This document shows, piece after piece, positions 1 to 10,257 of a DNA stretch of 39,764 nucleotides. The notes beneath the pieces are model-generated. The model was not told where the DNA came from. It ran no database searches and saw only the letters and a program-made list of their open reading frames with translations. Every line of letters begins with the position of its first letter. Within the stretch, counting starts at the first letter, position 1. The translations under genes were made by a program, and so were the position numbers. Origin of the DNA: Chrysochromulina tobinii (lineage: Eukaryota); contig JWZX01003111.1 of the NCBI GenBank assembly GCA_001275005.1, forward strand, positions 1-39,764, read 5' to 3'.

Positions 1-9
1 GAAGTAACG

Positions 10-72
10 GGCCGATCTCGAGCCGATGAGCGCCACTCTTACGCCGAAGAGGAAATCGGCTCGAGATCGGCC
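10..72. repeat. Perfect 18-bp inverted repeat (hairpin)
   Basis: GGCCGATCTCGAGCCGAT (10-27) is the exact reverse complement of ATCGGCTCGAGATCGGCC (55-72). The spacer holds a small CTCTT/AAGAG stem. Confidence 0.9.
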
Positions 73-369
73 GTGGCGTCAAGCATAATATGAGGGGATT
101 GGGGGAGAGAAAGAGGGGGACATAAACGCCTGCTCAACCGAAGAGCTCGAGGCCGGTCGGCGCCGCGTCACGCTCAAACATGTAGAGGGTATGTAGAGGG
201 AGCACGATGGGATCAATCCGCGCAGCATTCCCGGTTCCTAGCGTTTTCGTCGCTCTTCGTGCGAGTCAAAGTGAACCATAAATGGTCGCGAAAAGCCTTT
301 CGTGCTCGTTCGAACCGGTTCGAAATGTCATGGAGGCTCCTCCGTCCTCGTCGTGAGCTGTCGCGCGCG

Positions 370-689
370 CAGATCTCGATAAAATAGACACGTAGTCGAG
401 CCGCTGCTCATAGAAGATGTGTTTTTATGTTGCACCCGCTTCCTAAAGGTGCGCCATCGCGATAGCGATCGTGAGGCGCTGGTCGCCGGGCATCTTTCGG
501 CTCTTTGCCATTGGCGAGCTTGTCGGCTACAAGCCTTGCGCGATCCTCGCAGCTTCTTGGTGGGTGAGTGGTGATGGCCAATGTCGTGACGAGACGCAAT
601 GAATATACATTCTTAGGAAGCGGGTGCAACATACGAACACATCTTCTATGAGCAGCGGCTCGACTACGTGTCTATTTTATCGAGATCTG
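370..689. mobile_element. MITE/foldback-like non-coding element with 77-bp inverted repeats
   Basis: 370-446 and 613-689 are reverse complements with 2 mismatches, extendable into flanking GCGCGC (363-368/691-696). The 166-bp spacer has no credible CDS. No clean target-site duplication is visible, so the inverted repeat is certain but mobility is inferred. Confidence 0.55.
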
Positions 690-959
690 GGCGCGCAACG
701 GCCGTCTGCATGGCAGAACGCGAACGCTCAAACGACCGAAACGCCGAGACGGTGGAGTCTCGGATGCCAGTGAGGAGAAAAAGGTCAGTTCGTCGACTAA
801 ATCTGAGGCGTACAATGCCGTGCACAGAACTACAAATAGTGTGTGTGGCATCACTTTTTGTCAACTTTCAGGGCCAAAATGCAGTGATTCACACTCAATA
901 TCGCCAAAATTTTCGCGCCTGCGCCGGGCCGAGACCTCCCCCCGACCCTACCCCCCAAA

Positions 960-1091
960 CCTCAGTTTACACCTCAGCTGGCAGCCCCTGACCTGAGCTG
1001 GAGCCGCCCCCGGGCGCCCCCGGTATGCAACGCGATACGCATACGCAATACGCAAGGCCTCAGTTTACACGAAGCCTGAGGCCCCTGACCT
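960..1091. repeat. Two copies of a bipartite motif CCTCAGTTTACAC-N10/11-GCCCCTGACCT
   Basis: CCTCAGTTTACAC at 960-972 and 1058-1070; GCCCCTGACCT at 984-994 and 1081-1091. Confidence 0.7.
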
Positions 1092-1167
1092 TGGACAGAG
1101 CCAGTGCTTCAACCGTCCACAGGGCCTTCCCTTCGGCGCAGACCACACCCGGCGCGGTGCAAAACGT

Positions 1168-2421
1168 CTAGACGGGGGGCAGCAGCTCGTGCGAGCCATG
1201 GCGCAGGATCGCAGCGAAGGCGCGCGGCACAAAGCGGCGCGGAAAGTCGGTGTCGACGAGCTGGTCGTCGGGCGTTGTGCCAAACCACATGGCGACATAG
1301 AAGGGGAAGTGGAGCGTGGCGAGCTTCCAGTCCCGCTCGAGGTCGTCAGCGGTGTAGCCGTTCACACCCTCAGCCAGCAATGCCTTGAGGTACTCGGCCT
1401 TCACCTTCGGCTCGAGCGCGGCGCACGTCGGAATGTCGTACCCCTCAATGATCATGAAGCATAGGTCGGCGCATCCCTTGCCTACAGCCGTGTACTGCCA
1501 GTCGATGAACGCGGGCGTGCCGTCACCCATCATGAACATGTTGCCCGGCTTCACGTCCCCGTGAACGAACGTGTTCGGCGCCGAAGAGACCGCCGTTTGC
1601 ACCCAGCCATAGTGAGCGACGATGCGCGCGCCCACCGTGTAGGCCTCCTCGGGCAGCGCGCCGTTGCGCTCGCGCCATTTGGGCTCGAACTGCGGCCAGT
1701 ACTTGGCGACCGCATCGGACCACCCCGGCTTGAACCAAGCGTCGTCATGCCGCCGGATGCCCAACTCGCCGCTCGTGAGCTTCGGATGATTCCAGAACTT
1801 GGCGTGCAGCTTTGCCACGTGGCGCGCGGTGAGGAGCACGCCGGCCTCGTCAAGTTCGGGCGCGAGCACGGCGCCGGGCACGCACAGGTCCTCGAGCAGC
1901 ACGCCCACCGTCGTCGACGCCTGCGCCTCGTCGAGAAGCGAGCCAAGGTAGCGAGGCACGCGCACGGGTACGCTCGCTGCGAGGCCCGACTCGTAAAAGT
2001 GCCACTCGCGGGCGTAGAGCTTGAGGGCGAGGGCGACGGCGTGATCGCCGCCAGTCTCGCACGCGCGCTTGACGATGGCCGTTGGAGGCCGGTCCGAGTC
2101 CGGCGCGCCTGCCTTCAGGCCCCCTCCGTACTCAATGTTCACGCGGAAGGTATCGCAGATGTAGCCTCCCTTAAGGTGCTCGCTCGCGATGGTCACGCGT
2201 GCGGCCGGGATGCCCTGCTTTTGCAGGGCTGCGAGGACGCGCGACTCCAAGGAGGCGGGCACATCCGTATTCACTTTCTCGCCGGCACGCTTGGACAGGA
2301 TGTCGCAGATGCCCGTGATGGGGTTAGCTGGGCGGGTGCGCAGCACCTCGGACACCGCCGCGGCCAACGCCTCCTGGACGCCGTGCTCAGCAAGGTACTC
2401 GCGACCCGATGGCTTCGACAT
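1168..2421 (-). CDS. Dpy-30/RIIa-like dimerization-docking domain fused to an APH/choline/ecdysteroid-kinase-like phosphotransferase (417 aa)
   Basis: N-terminal REYLAEHGVQEALAAAVSEVLRTRPANPI (docking-domain pattern). Kinase motifs: AIVK, REWHFY, LLEDL, AKLHAKFW, Brenner motif HGDVKPGN, and FIDWQ. Single exon. Confidence 0.85.
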   Translation of the reverse strand: MSKPSGREYLAEHGVQEALAAAVSEVLRTRPANPITGICDILSKRAGEKVNTDVPASLESRVLAALQKQGIPAARVTIASEHLKGGYICDTFRVNIEYGGGLKAGAPDSDRPPTAIVKRACETGGDHAVALALKLYAREWHFYESGLAASVPVRVPRYLGSLLDEAQASTTVGVLLEDLCVPGAVLAPELDEAGVLLTARHVAKLHAKFWNHPKLTSGELGIRRHDDAWFKPGWSDAVAKYWPQFEPKWRERNGALPEEAYTVGARIVAHYGWVQTAVSSAPNTFVHGDVKPGNMFMMGDGTPAFIDWQYTAVGKGCADLCFMIIEGYDIPTCAALEPKVKAEYLKALLAEGVNGYTADDLERDWKLATLHFPFYVAMWFGTTPDDQLVDTDFPRRFVPRAFAAILRHGSHELLPPV

Positions 2422-2631
2422 ATTGCCGCCTCTTGTTCAGCACGTATTCATATGTATTTTACGGCAAGACCTGCTATGAATATGGCGGTGGTATTCGCGA
2501 AATTGTCGTTTTCATATGCAGTCGCGTCACCAGTTCCTGCCGTTACACAAAACGAGATGTTTCGTCTCGATGTGTGGCGAAGGAGGCTGGTAACTGGTTG
2601 GGCTCGACCGCGCGCGACTGGTTGACCCGAG

Positions 2632-3078
2632 ATGTCGGGCTACACGATGTCTTTACTGCCCGATCAGTATGGATGCTATGGACTCATCAACGGGAACGAC
2701 GGGCGAAACTATAAACATCACCCGTCAGTGAGAAGGGAGTATAAGCTGCCAGAACCACCGCCGCAGGCAGATGCGGCGCCTGCTGAGGCCGGACCTGCCT
2801 TTTACGCGAGAGTGCGCAAGTCTTCTTGGAAAGGTGCTGAGGTGGGCACGTTCAGCGCCTTTCCTGAGTACAAGGAGGATCCCTGGGACGCCAAGATTGA
2901 AGCTGCCCGAAAACGTTCAGCCGAGATCCGCGCCCTCAAATCAGCCGTAGGCTCCAAGCCATTCAAGCCAACCGCTGCTGATGCGGCTTACAGGCTCTCG
3001 AAGGATGCAAAACCTGCGTTCACACCGATAATGAATAGGTCAATCATCTTCCATAACGTGCACAAGCCCAAGTGCTGA
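2632..3078 (+). CDS. Small protein resembling the C-terminal part of CFAP96/C4orf47 (DUF4586) ciliary proteins
   Basis: 148-aa ORF from an ATG. GTFSAFPEYKEDPW followed by KPFKP resembles the DUF4586 C-terminal pattern as recalled. Confidence 0.5.
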   Translation: MSGYTMSLLPDQYGCYGLINGNDGRNYKHHPSVRREYKLPEPPPQADAAPAEAGPAFYARVRKSSWKGAEVGTFSAFPEYKEDPWDAKIEAARKRSAEIRALKSAVGSKPFKPTAADAAYRLSKDAKPAFTPIMNRSIIFHNVHKPKC

Positions 3079-3598
3079 GACGTGCAAGGGAGCCAGGGAC
3101 CGTTAAGCCAGAGTGCAGAGGCTGAAGCATTGCTGGCCAGCGTGGATCTCTGTGATGGGCATGCGGGCGATTGGAATTGGCATGGACAGCGATTTGGAGA
3201 TATGTGTACGTTGCATGCGAGCTCTCGAACGCTTATACCTCTTGATCCGGCGCGTGCTTGGACGCCGGTCTCTTTTAGGTCTCTTGTTAGTAAGTACGAT
3301 CACTGAACACTTTGGTCTTTGCGCTCCTCACACCGCTGCTCAAAGCGGTCTCACACTTTGACGTACCGGTACATACATGTACTTGCACTTAGACGCGACG
3401 AAACCGCGGGGACATCACCGTCACTCTGGAGAGGATGAGAGGCGACAAGTCGGCCACTGTGAGCCCTGACGCGACAACTATCGTAACGAAGTTTACTATC
3501 GTGTTAGCGTATGAGCCTTCCCCGAAATGCGACGTTGTTCACTGCAGTTGTTCACAACACGATCGCAATCGCAGAGCCAAGACTCTCGTCTTGGCGTC

Positions 3599-5967
3599 AT
3601 GTCGCTTCCACGTCTTCGTGGTACTCGTGAGCGCTACGCCGAGCTCGACGACTCCTCCGTCGTGCTTATCCCAGCGAAGCCGACGTCGGTGCTGCTGCCG
3701 GAGCACTTTTGCGAGCCGCTCTCCCAGCTTCGCTACCCGGTGCGCCTCGACTTCTCGCACGAGCGCTTCCGCCTGCGCTCCATGCAGGCGCTTTCGCAGC
3801 TCAAGGACACGGCGCTCGTCGATATTGATCTGAGCGACAACGAGCTGCGCTCGATCTCGGAGCTCAACCGGTTCCCGGCGCTCAAGTCGCTGGTTGCGAG
3901 CCGAAATGCACTCGAGAGCGGACCCGGTGTGGCGCTCGCCGTGCATCGGCTGACGCGGCTCGACTTGAGCGGCAACCAGCTCACGGTGGTTCCCACGCTC
4001 AAGGAGCTGCCGCTGCTGCAGATTCTTAACCTGAGCCGGAACTTGATCCGAGACGGCTGGGAGGAGATCGGGCGCTGCCAGGGGCTGCAGGCGCTCGACG
4101 TGTCGGAGAACGCATTTGACTGGAGCGCCGAGACGGGCGAGCTGAGGCGTGCTATGGCAGTGCTGCGCGGGCTCAAGCGGCTGCGCGTGCTGAACCTCAG
4201 CCATACGCCCGCCGCGAGCCAGCGCGGCTACCGAGGCTGGGTGGTGGCCAACGCGCGGAAGCTCGAGCTACTCGATGATGCGCCTGTGACAGAGGCGGAG
4301 CGTATGGGCGAGGATGACAAGAACTCGGCGCTCGACGATGATGCCTCCTCCGTCGCGAGCAGCGCCGTCGCGAGCAGCTGGCTCTCCGGCTTCTCCGGCG
4401 TCTCGAGCCGCTCAACACAGCGAGAGAAGCCGGAGGGCGGCCGGTATTCGTCAGCGGCAGCACCAGCTGCTTTGTCGACGGCGCCGTCTGCGGCTGCGCC
4501 GGGGCACACGTTGGCGCCCACATTTGGAAGGGACGTCGAGCTGATCCTGCGGCGTGAGGGCGGCCTTCTGCCGCGGCTTGTGCAGGAGTGCACGCGCCAC
4601 GTCCAGGAGCGGACTGGTGGCGAGGCGGGCCGTGTGCCTGCCGGGACTGCGCTCACCGCGGAGGGCCACCCGTCGGCCGTGCTAGCGCTGCGCCATGCCT
4701 TCGAGATCTCGCCCGAACGAGGTATCGCCGCGCTGCGTGAGAGCGTCGTACCGAGCGGTGGGAGCAGTGGGGACGACGACGAGAGCGAGTTGCGCGATGG
4801 CGACGTGCGCGCGAGCTGCTCGCTGCTGCGTGCCTTCTTGATCGAATTGCCGCAGCCGCTCATTCCGAACGAGCTCTTCCTTCCTCTTCTCGAGACGACC
4901 AAGGCATGGGCGCCTACCGTGGTCGAGCACCGGCAGCACGAGGTGAGTGCCTCCCATGGCTCCCTTGGATGGTCCCTGGATGTTTTGTTTCGATGGTCCC
5001 TTGGCCCTTGCATAGTGGTGAGAGCCACCGAGTGCCTTGGAGTGCCTCTGGCTGCAATCGAGTGCCACTGAGGGAGGCGGGTCACCGCAGGAGCGTGCGG
5101 TGCGGCTCGAGGAGATCATGATGCCCTACCTCGCCGAGAGCCACCGCATCCTGCTCGAGCACCTGCTGTGCTTCCTGGTGAACGCGGCGCGCCCGTACTG
5201 GGCGGAGACGCCCGACTACCGTCAGCATCTGGCGCGTGTGTGGGCGCCCTGCATTCTGCGCGCGCCCGCACGCATCATGTCCAAGTTCCAAGGGCGCGTG
5301 GTGGATGTGATGGGCATGTGTGTTCTGACCCTCCTTGAGGCTCGCGCCGGCCCGGGCGCCCACTACGGCGCTCGTGACGGTGACCACTACGGCGCGAGCG
5401 CTGGCGAAGGCTCGGGTGGTGTGGGCGATGGCCAGGGAGGTACGCGCTGTAGCAGTGCGCGTGAGCAACTCCTCGTGAGGCTGGGCGAAGAGGAGGGCGA
5501 AGAGCACTTCGAGTCATGCGCACCGGCGGCGGCGGGCGCGCTGGGCGTGGCGGGCGGTGTGGCGGGCGGCCCGACGGAGCGTAGCAGCCCTAAGCAGGCG
5601 TCGCCACGACGAGCGGCCGGCGCGCTGGGCAACGAGGCACGTGCGCGCGGCGGCGGCACGCGCGGCGGCGGCGGCACTCGCAGTGACGGCGGCACTCGCA
5701 GTGACGCAGGCGACGCTGCACAGCGGAGCCTACTCGAATCACTCGCTCAGTTGGAGAGCCCACCACGGCGCCCGAACGCCGACGCGTACGCCGCGCAGCT
5801 CGCCGAGGAGTTGTGGATGGATCGGGAGACCAGCGCTGACGCGCTCACCGAATTGGATCCGGACGAGGCGATCTCCCCAGGGACGAGGCCCTTTGAGATG
5901 GGACGAACCCTCTTCAGCAGGGACGAGGAGGACGATGACGAAGCAAGCTGGGTGGATGGACAACTCA

Positions 5968-6003
<36 letters not shown>

Positions 6004-7340
6004 AGCAGCAGCAGCAGCAGCAGCAACGCGTCATGATGTCGCCTCCGCGCGCCACGATTCCCCCCAGCGTGCCCGACGACGATGGAGCCTCTTCCATTCT
6101 GGACAGCGTCTACCGGATGGATAGCGTCTCTCTCCTCGATGAGCCGATCCAACGACCAACGGCAGGGCATGCAGCGTACCTACCAGAGCCGGTGGCGCCG
6201 GCGGTGGGTAGTGCGCCGATGATGCCCACGATGGCGCCGCCGTCGCGGCCGCCGCCCGCGCCTTCATTGACGCCTCCTCGAATGCCGTCAGCGTTGTCAG
6301 CGATGGCGCGCACAGTGCCTCTTGACCACTCGTCCCAGCAGGCTCGGTGTGGTCCTTTGATTGCTGCAGACTTGGCACAGCTGTACACTTCCCCGCCCCA
6401 TCACCCTCCGCCGCCGTCGCAGTACCCGCCGCCCTCCGGACATCACCACCTGCAGGAGCAGCATCATCAGCACTACCCGGGCCAGTTTGCGCCGATGGCC
6501 GGGCAAAGCTACCCGCCAACACCTGGCCACTACCCGCCACCCATGCAGGGCCACCTTCCATCACACTCCGCACTGGTTCCTGTCGGCGGCGGCATGGGCT
6601 ATGGCGGCAGGGGCGGCGGCGGCATGGGTGGCGGCGGCATGGGTGGCGGCGGCATGAGCGGCATGGGCGGCACGCTCGCACTAGACCACACGGACGCTTG
6701 CAGCTGGACTGAGTCGGAGGCGTCTCGTCGCACAGTCTCCTCCCACAAGATGGCGCTCGCCGCCTCCGCCGCCCTTGAAGCCAAGGAGAGCGAAGCGGGT
6801 AGGCTACGTGCAAAGGCGCAGCGGCTACTCCGTGAACGTTCACAGCTCGCGAGCGAGCTCGAGGGGTTGCAGGAGACGCTTGGTCGGATGGAGCGCGCAA
6901 TCAGCCGCACAAACGAGCAAACGGCCGCCCTGCAGGCAGAGAGCGCGCGCGGCAGCCATTCAGACCTTCGGCGGCACGCCATGCAGCTGAGCACACTGGC
7001 GAAGGCGATGCGGCGAGAAAAGCAAAGGCGACTGGCCGCCAGGACGGAGGTGGGCATGCTGCAGAAGCAGTTGGTCAAGAAGCGCGCGCAGCGTGACGCA
7101 CTCGCCCAGCGCAAGACAGAGCTGACAAGCGCAAAGGAAGCGGCCAGGCAACGGCAAGCCACAGCGGAGGCGACATTGGCCGAGGCGGCGAGGCTGCGTC
7201 GTCAAGCTGAGGCGTGTGAAGCTGAACTGCGCACGCCCGAGCACTCACCGCGAGAGGCGGCCGCTGCGATGGGGCGGCGCACCCGTGAGCTCGAGGAGGA
7301 GCTCGAGCGGTTGCAGCAGGCCATCGGGCGGGTGCAGTTT

Positions 7341-7419
<79 letters not shown>

Positions 7420-8120
7420 CGGGGAGAGCAGGATCGTCTCCCCCAGGCCCGCGGGGAGACGGTGGTGGCGGCGGTGGTGGTCGTGGTGCCGCTGCTGTTG
7501 CGGCGGCGGCGCGAAATTCGGCACGGCAGCAGGCGACTTATGAGCGCCATACTGAGCACCAGCGGCTCCTGGAGGCTCTGGCCGCCGAATCCCGTGCCCG
7601 TGACCAGCAAGCCGCCGCCATCGCCGCCGCCATCGAGCATTGGCGAAAGGCGGCAGGTCGGCTCCAGGCGGAGTTGCGCCCGTTGCGTGCGCTCCGAGCC
7701 TACGGGCCGACGGGAGCAGCCGAGCTGCGAAGCGAGCCGGCTGGCGTCGCGGAGGACTTTGCTGATGGCGAGGCGCTGTTGGAGGCTGCCAGATGGCACG
7801 CGGAGGCGCGCGCGTTCGCGGCGGAGACGCGCCGTGTCGAGCGCGCGCAGTTGGTGCTCCAGCGCGAGTGCGACGCCGAGCGCGAGGGCTGGCGCGACTT
7901 TCGTGAGCAGGTCTCCGGCCGCTTCCCTGGCGCCTTGTTGGGCAGAAGCAGCTCCGAGGCCGAGGAGCTCGAGCGCGTGCAGGCGTCGCTCGCGCAGAGC
8001 CGCACGGAGGCGGGGGACCTGATGAAGAGTGAGAAGACGATCCGGCTGCAGCTCGAGCAAGCCGGCAGGCGGCTGCAAGCGATGAACGAGATGGCGGCCG
8101 AGCTTGAGGCGGTCGTTTAG
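3599..8120 (+). CDS. Leucine-rich-repeat + RhoGAP-like + Pro/Gln-rich + coiled-coil protein (about 1457 aa)
   Basis: Exons 3599-4942 and 5091-8120 are joined by a phase-0 GT-AG intron (GTGAGT...CCGCAG). LxxLxLSxNxL repeats and an LRR cap (YRGWVVANARKLELLD). RhoGAP-like segments FGRDV..LPRLVQEC, SLLRAFLIELPQPLIP and LARVWAPCILR. Long C-terminal heptad region. Confidence 0.8.
5970..6023 (+). repeat. (CCG)11(CAG)7 coding microsatellite (polyP-polyQ)
   Basis: Read directly from the sequence. Confidence 0.9.
7341..7418 (+). repeat. Pure (CAG)26 coding microsatellite (polyQ)
   Basis: 78 bp of uninterrupted CAG, in frame in the LRR-RhoGAP gene. Confidence 0.95.
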
Positions 8121-8489
8121 ACGAAAGGGCGCCACACGTTGACGTTCCGGGCGGTGTAGGGCGGTGCTCGGTGCTCGGCCGCTAGGGTCGTTCACAGGAG
8201 AGACGAGAGAGCGCCAGGTCTCGGGCGCCGCACGGTTTGAAGATTCCCCGAGGTGTCTTGCAGTCTCTCAGGGTCAGGCCAGACAAGTGTCGGAACCGTG
8301 AGCGTTGCTTCCCGACAAGATTTGTGATATTCGCCTCGATCTGCTGCGTTTTGTGTCAAATAACGCAAAATGTTTTACTCCAGCACGGAGGTACGAGTCG
8401 CAATCCGCCGCGACGTGCCGCGACCCGACCGCCACAGACCCTTACCCCTTAGTTCGGCGCGCTGGCACGCGACAGTCTTGGTCGCTAGC

Positions 8490-9863
8490 TCAGTCCGCCT
8501 TCTTCGCGGCGACGGGCTTGGGGTCGGCCTCAGCCTCCTCGTCCGACTCACCCTCGTACACGTCGCGCGCGCTGTCGTGCCACTCCGTTGACTCTGTCAG
8601 CTTGACCAGGATGATGTTGATGAGCATGCAGAACCACACGTAGTGCAGAAGCTGCAGCGTGCTGAGCAGCGCGGTGGCCTCCCAGTAGACGGGCAGGCAC
8701 TCGTGCGAGCCCCAGCCCATCTCGTCGAACGACCTGCGGACGTCGAAGGAGCCGTCGCCCAGCAGAGCACCTTTGACGTGGCCGCGACCGAAGCCATCGC
8801 TCTTGCGCGCCTTGTCATAGCCGGCCATGCACACGGTGTACCTAGGCTCGCAGGTCGTGGGGACGACCTGATGGGCGATGGCTTGCGGCGCCAAGGCCAC
8901 CTCGCGCGGCGCGCAGATGACCCCGCGGAAGAGGAGCAGCCCGAAGAGGTAGAAGCGGCAGTGAACCCAGGTGTACACTGTGAGGACGTAATCGAGCTCT
9001 ACGAGGAAGAGGCCCTTGGGTCCCTCGAGCTGGCAGTAGTTGAAGATCTTGAGCAGGTCGAGCGGCACGTCGGAGGCGTCGTGCACGAAGAGCACGATCG
9101 TGCCGATCTTGGTGTAGTTGTAGTGGTACGAGACGCCGACGAGCGCGATGGTCACTACGTGGTGCAGGTACATAACGAAGTAGTCCTTGTGGCGCTCCTC
9201 GAGGAATCGATGGCCGAAGCACGTGTCGATCCAGATGGCCATCTGGAGCACATAGAGTAGTTGGATGGACTGGGGAGTCTGTGCGCACAGGCCGTTCTGC
9301 GCGTGCGGGTGCGGCACCCACAGGTGCGCGTAGTTTGAGTACCAGGAGACAGTCTCGCCTCCCTCATAGAAGAGAATGTACGCCTCGAGCGACGTCATCG
9401 ACACGTGGATCGCTAGCTGCCACATCTGGTCACGAAACTTGTGCAAGCTTTTCAGCTTCTTAAGCGGATCGCCCGGGAAAAGGTATCGAGAGACCACGGA
9501 GCCTACGGCGACCGAGACGTGCTTCACGAGGAGGATGGTGGCGAAGACGGCGACGATCGCGCCCGCGAGCGCGAGCGACGCGGTGCGCGGCGGCACTGAA
9601 CCCAGCCCGTAAGAGCTCCCCTTTCCGAGCACAAAGAAGACTGCGACCACCTGCACCATCGAGGCGGAGCCACCAGAGTTGCGCCGTGAGGAACATTGCA
9701 ACACTCAGGGCATCATCGCAGACGCGGCTCCGTGGCACTCAGTGCGGCGTGCCTCGACGAAGAAGATGGCCGTAAAGGCGAAGTCCGCGTACGGGTTGAT
9801 GATGATTTTTCGCGCACGCTTTCGCCGATCGCTGAGCGTGGAGTCGGAGGAGGACCTCTCCAT
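8490..9863 (-). CDS. Ceramide synthase, LAG1/LAC1 (TLC domain) family (about 423 aa)
   Basis: Lag1p motif RHKDYFVMYLHHVVT...GTIVLFVHDASD, acidic tail RDVYEGESDEE and C-terminal KKAD (KKxx ER retrieval). Predicted exons are 9863-9753 and 9650-8490, joined by a phase-0 GC-AG intron that gives a continuous hydrophobic helix (AIFFVE|VVAVFF). Confidence 0.9.
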
Positions 9864-10257
9864 TTTGCCGCGCGCGTGCGAATGGTGTGCGTCGAAGAGT
9901 AAGAGTTCCTTCTGTTGAGTTGTGCCAGTCCGTTCATGCTCACGCCAATGGCCCAAAAGGCCCGCCATGCTCCCAGTGTGGAAGCATTCCATTTTCCCAC
10001 ACCACCGCGTACGCGTGATCCCATTCTTCACCGAATTCCTGACGCTCGTTTTTCGCATTGCAGGTGATGCTCTCACGGCGCGAAGCCCACCAGCGGGTCC
10101 GGCAGCGCGCTAGGTGGCGCGCGTCCGGATCCCTGCAGGCTTACTTTCGCGCACCGCGGCGCTCCTCGTTCGGTTCCAACGGTGGCCACCTCACTAACGC
10201 CTGCCGGCCGTCTCCCACCCTTGCAGTTGCGGTTGTGTTTGAGTGACTGCCGAAAGC

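Noticed and set aside
408..991. Short ORFs in the inverted-repeat region (possible transposase fragments)
   Set aside because: No DDE, HUH or RT motifs and no coding-like codon bias.
8490..9863. Ceramide synthase as an endogenous giant-virus (coccolithovirus-like) gene
   Set aside because: It has an intron, host-like GC and codon usage and an ER-retrieval tail, and there are no viral hallmark genes nearby.
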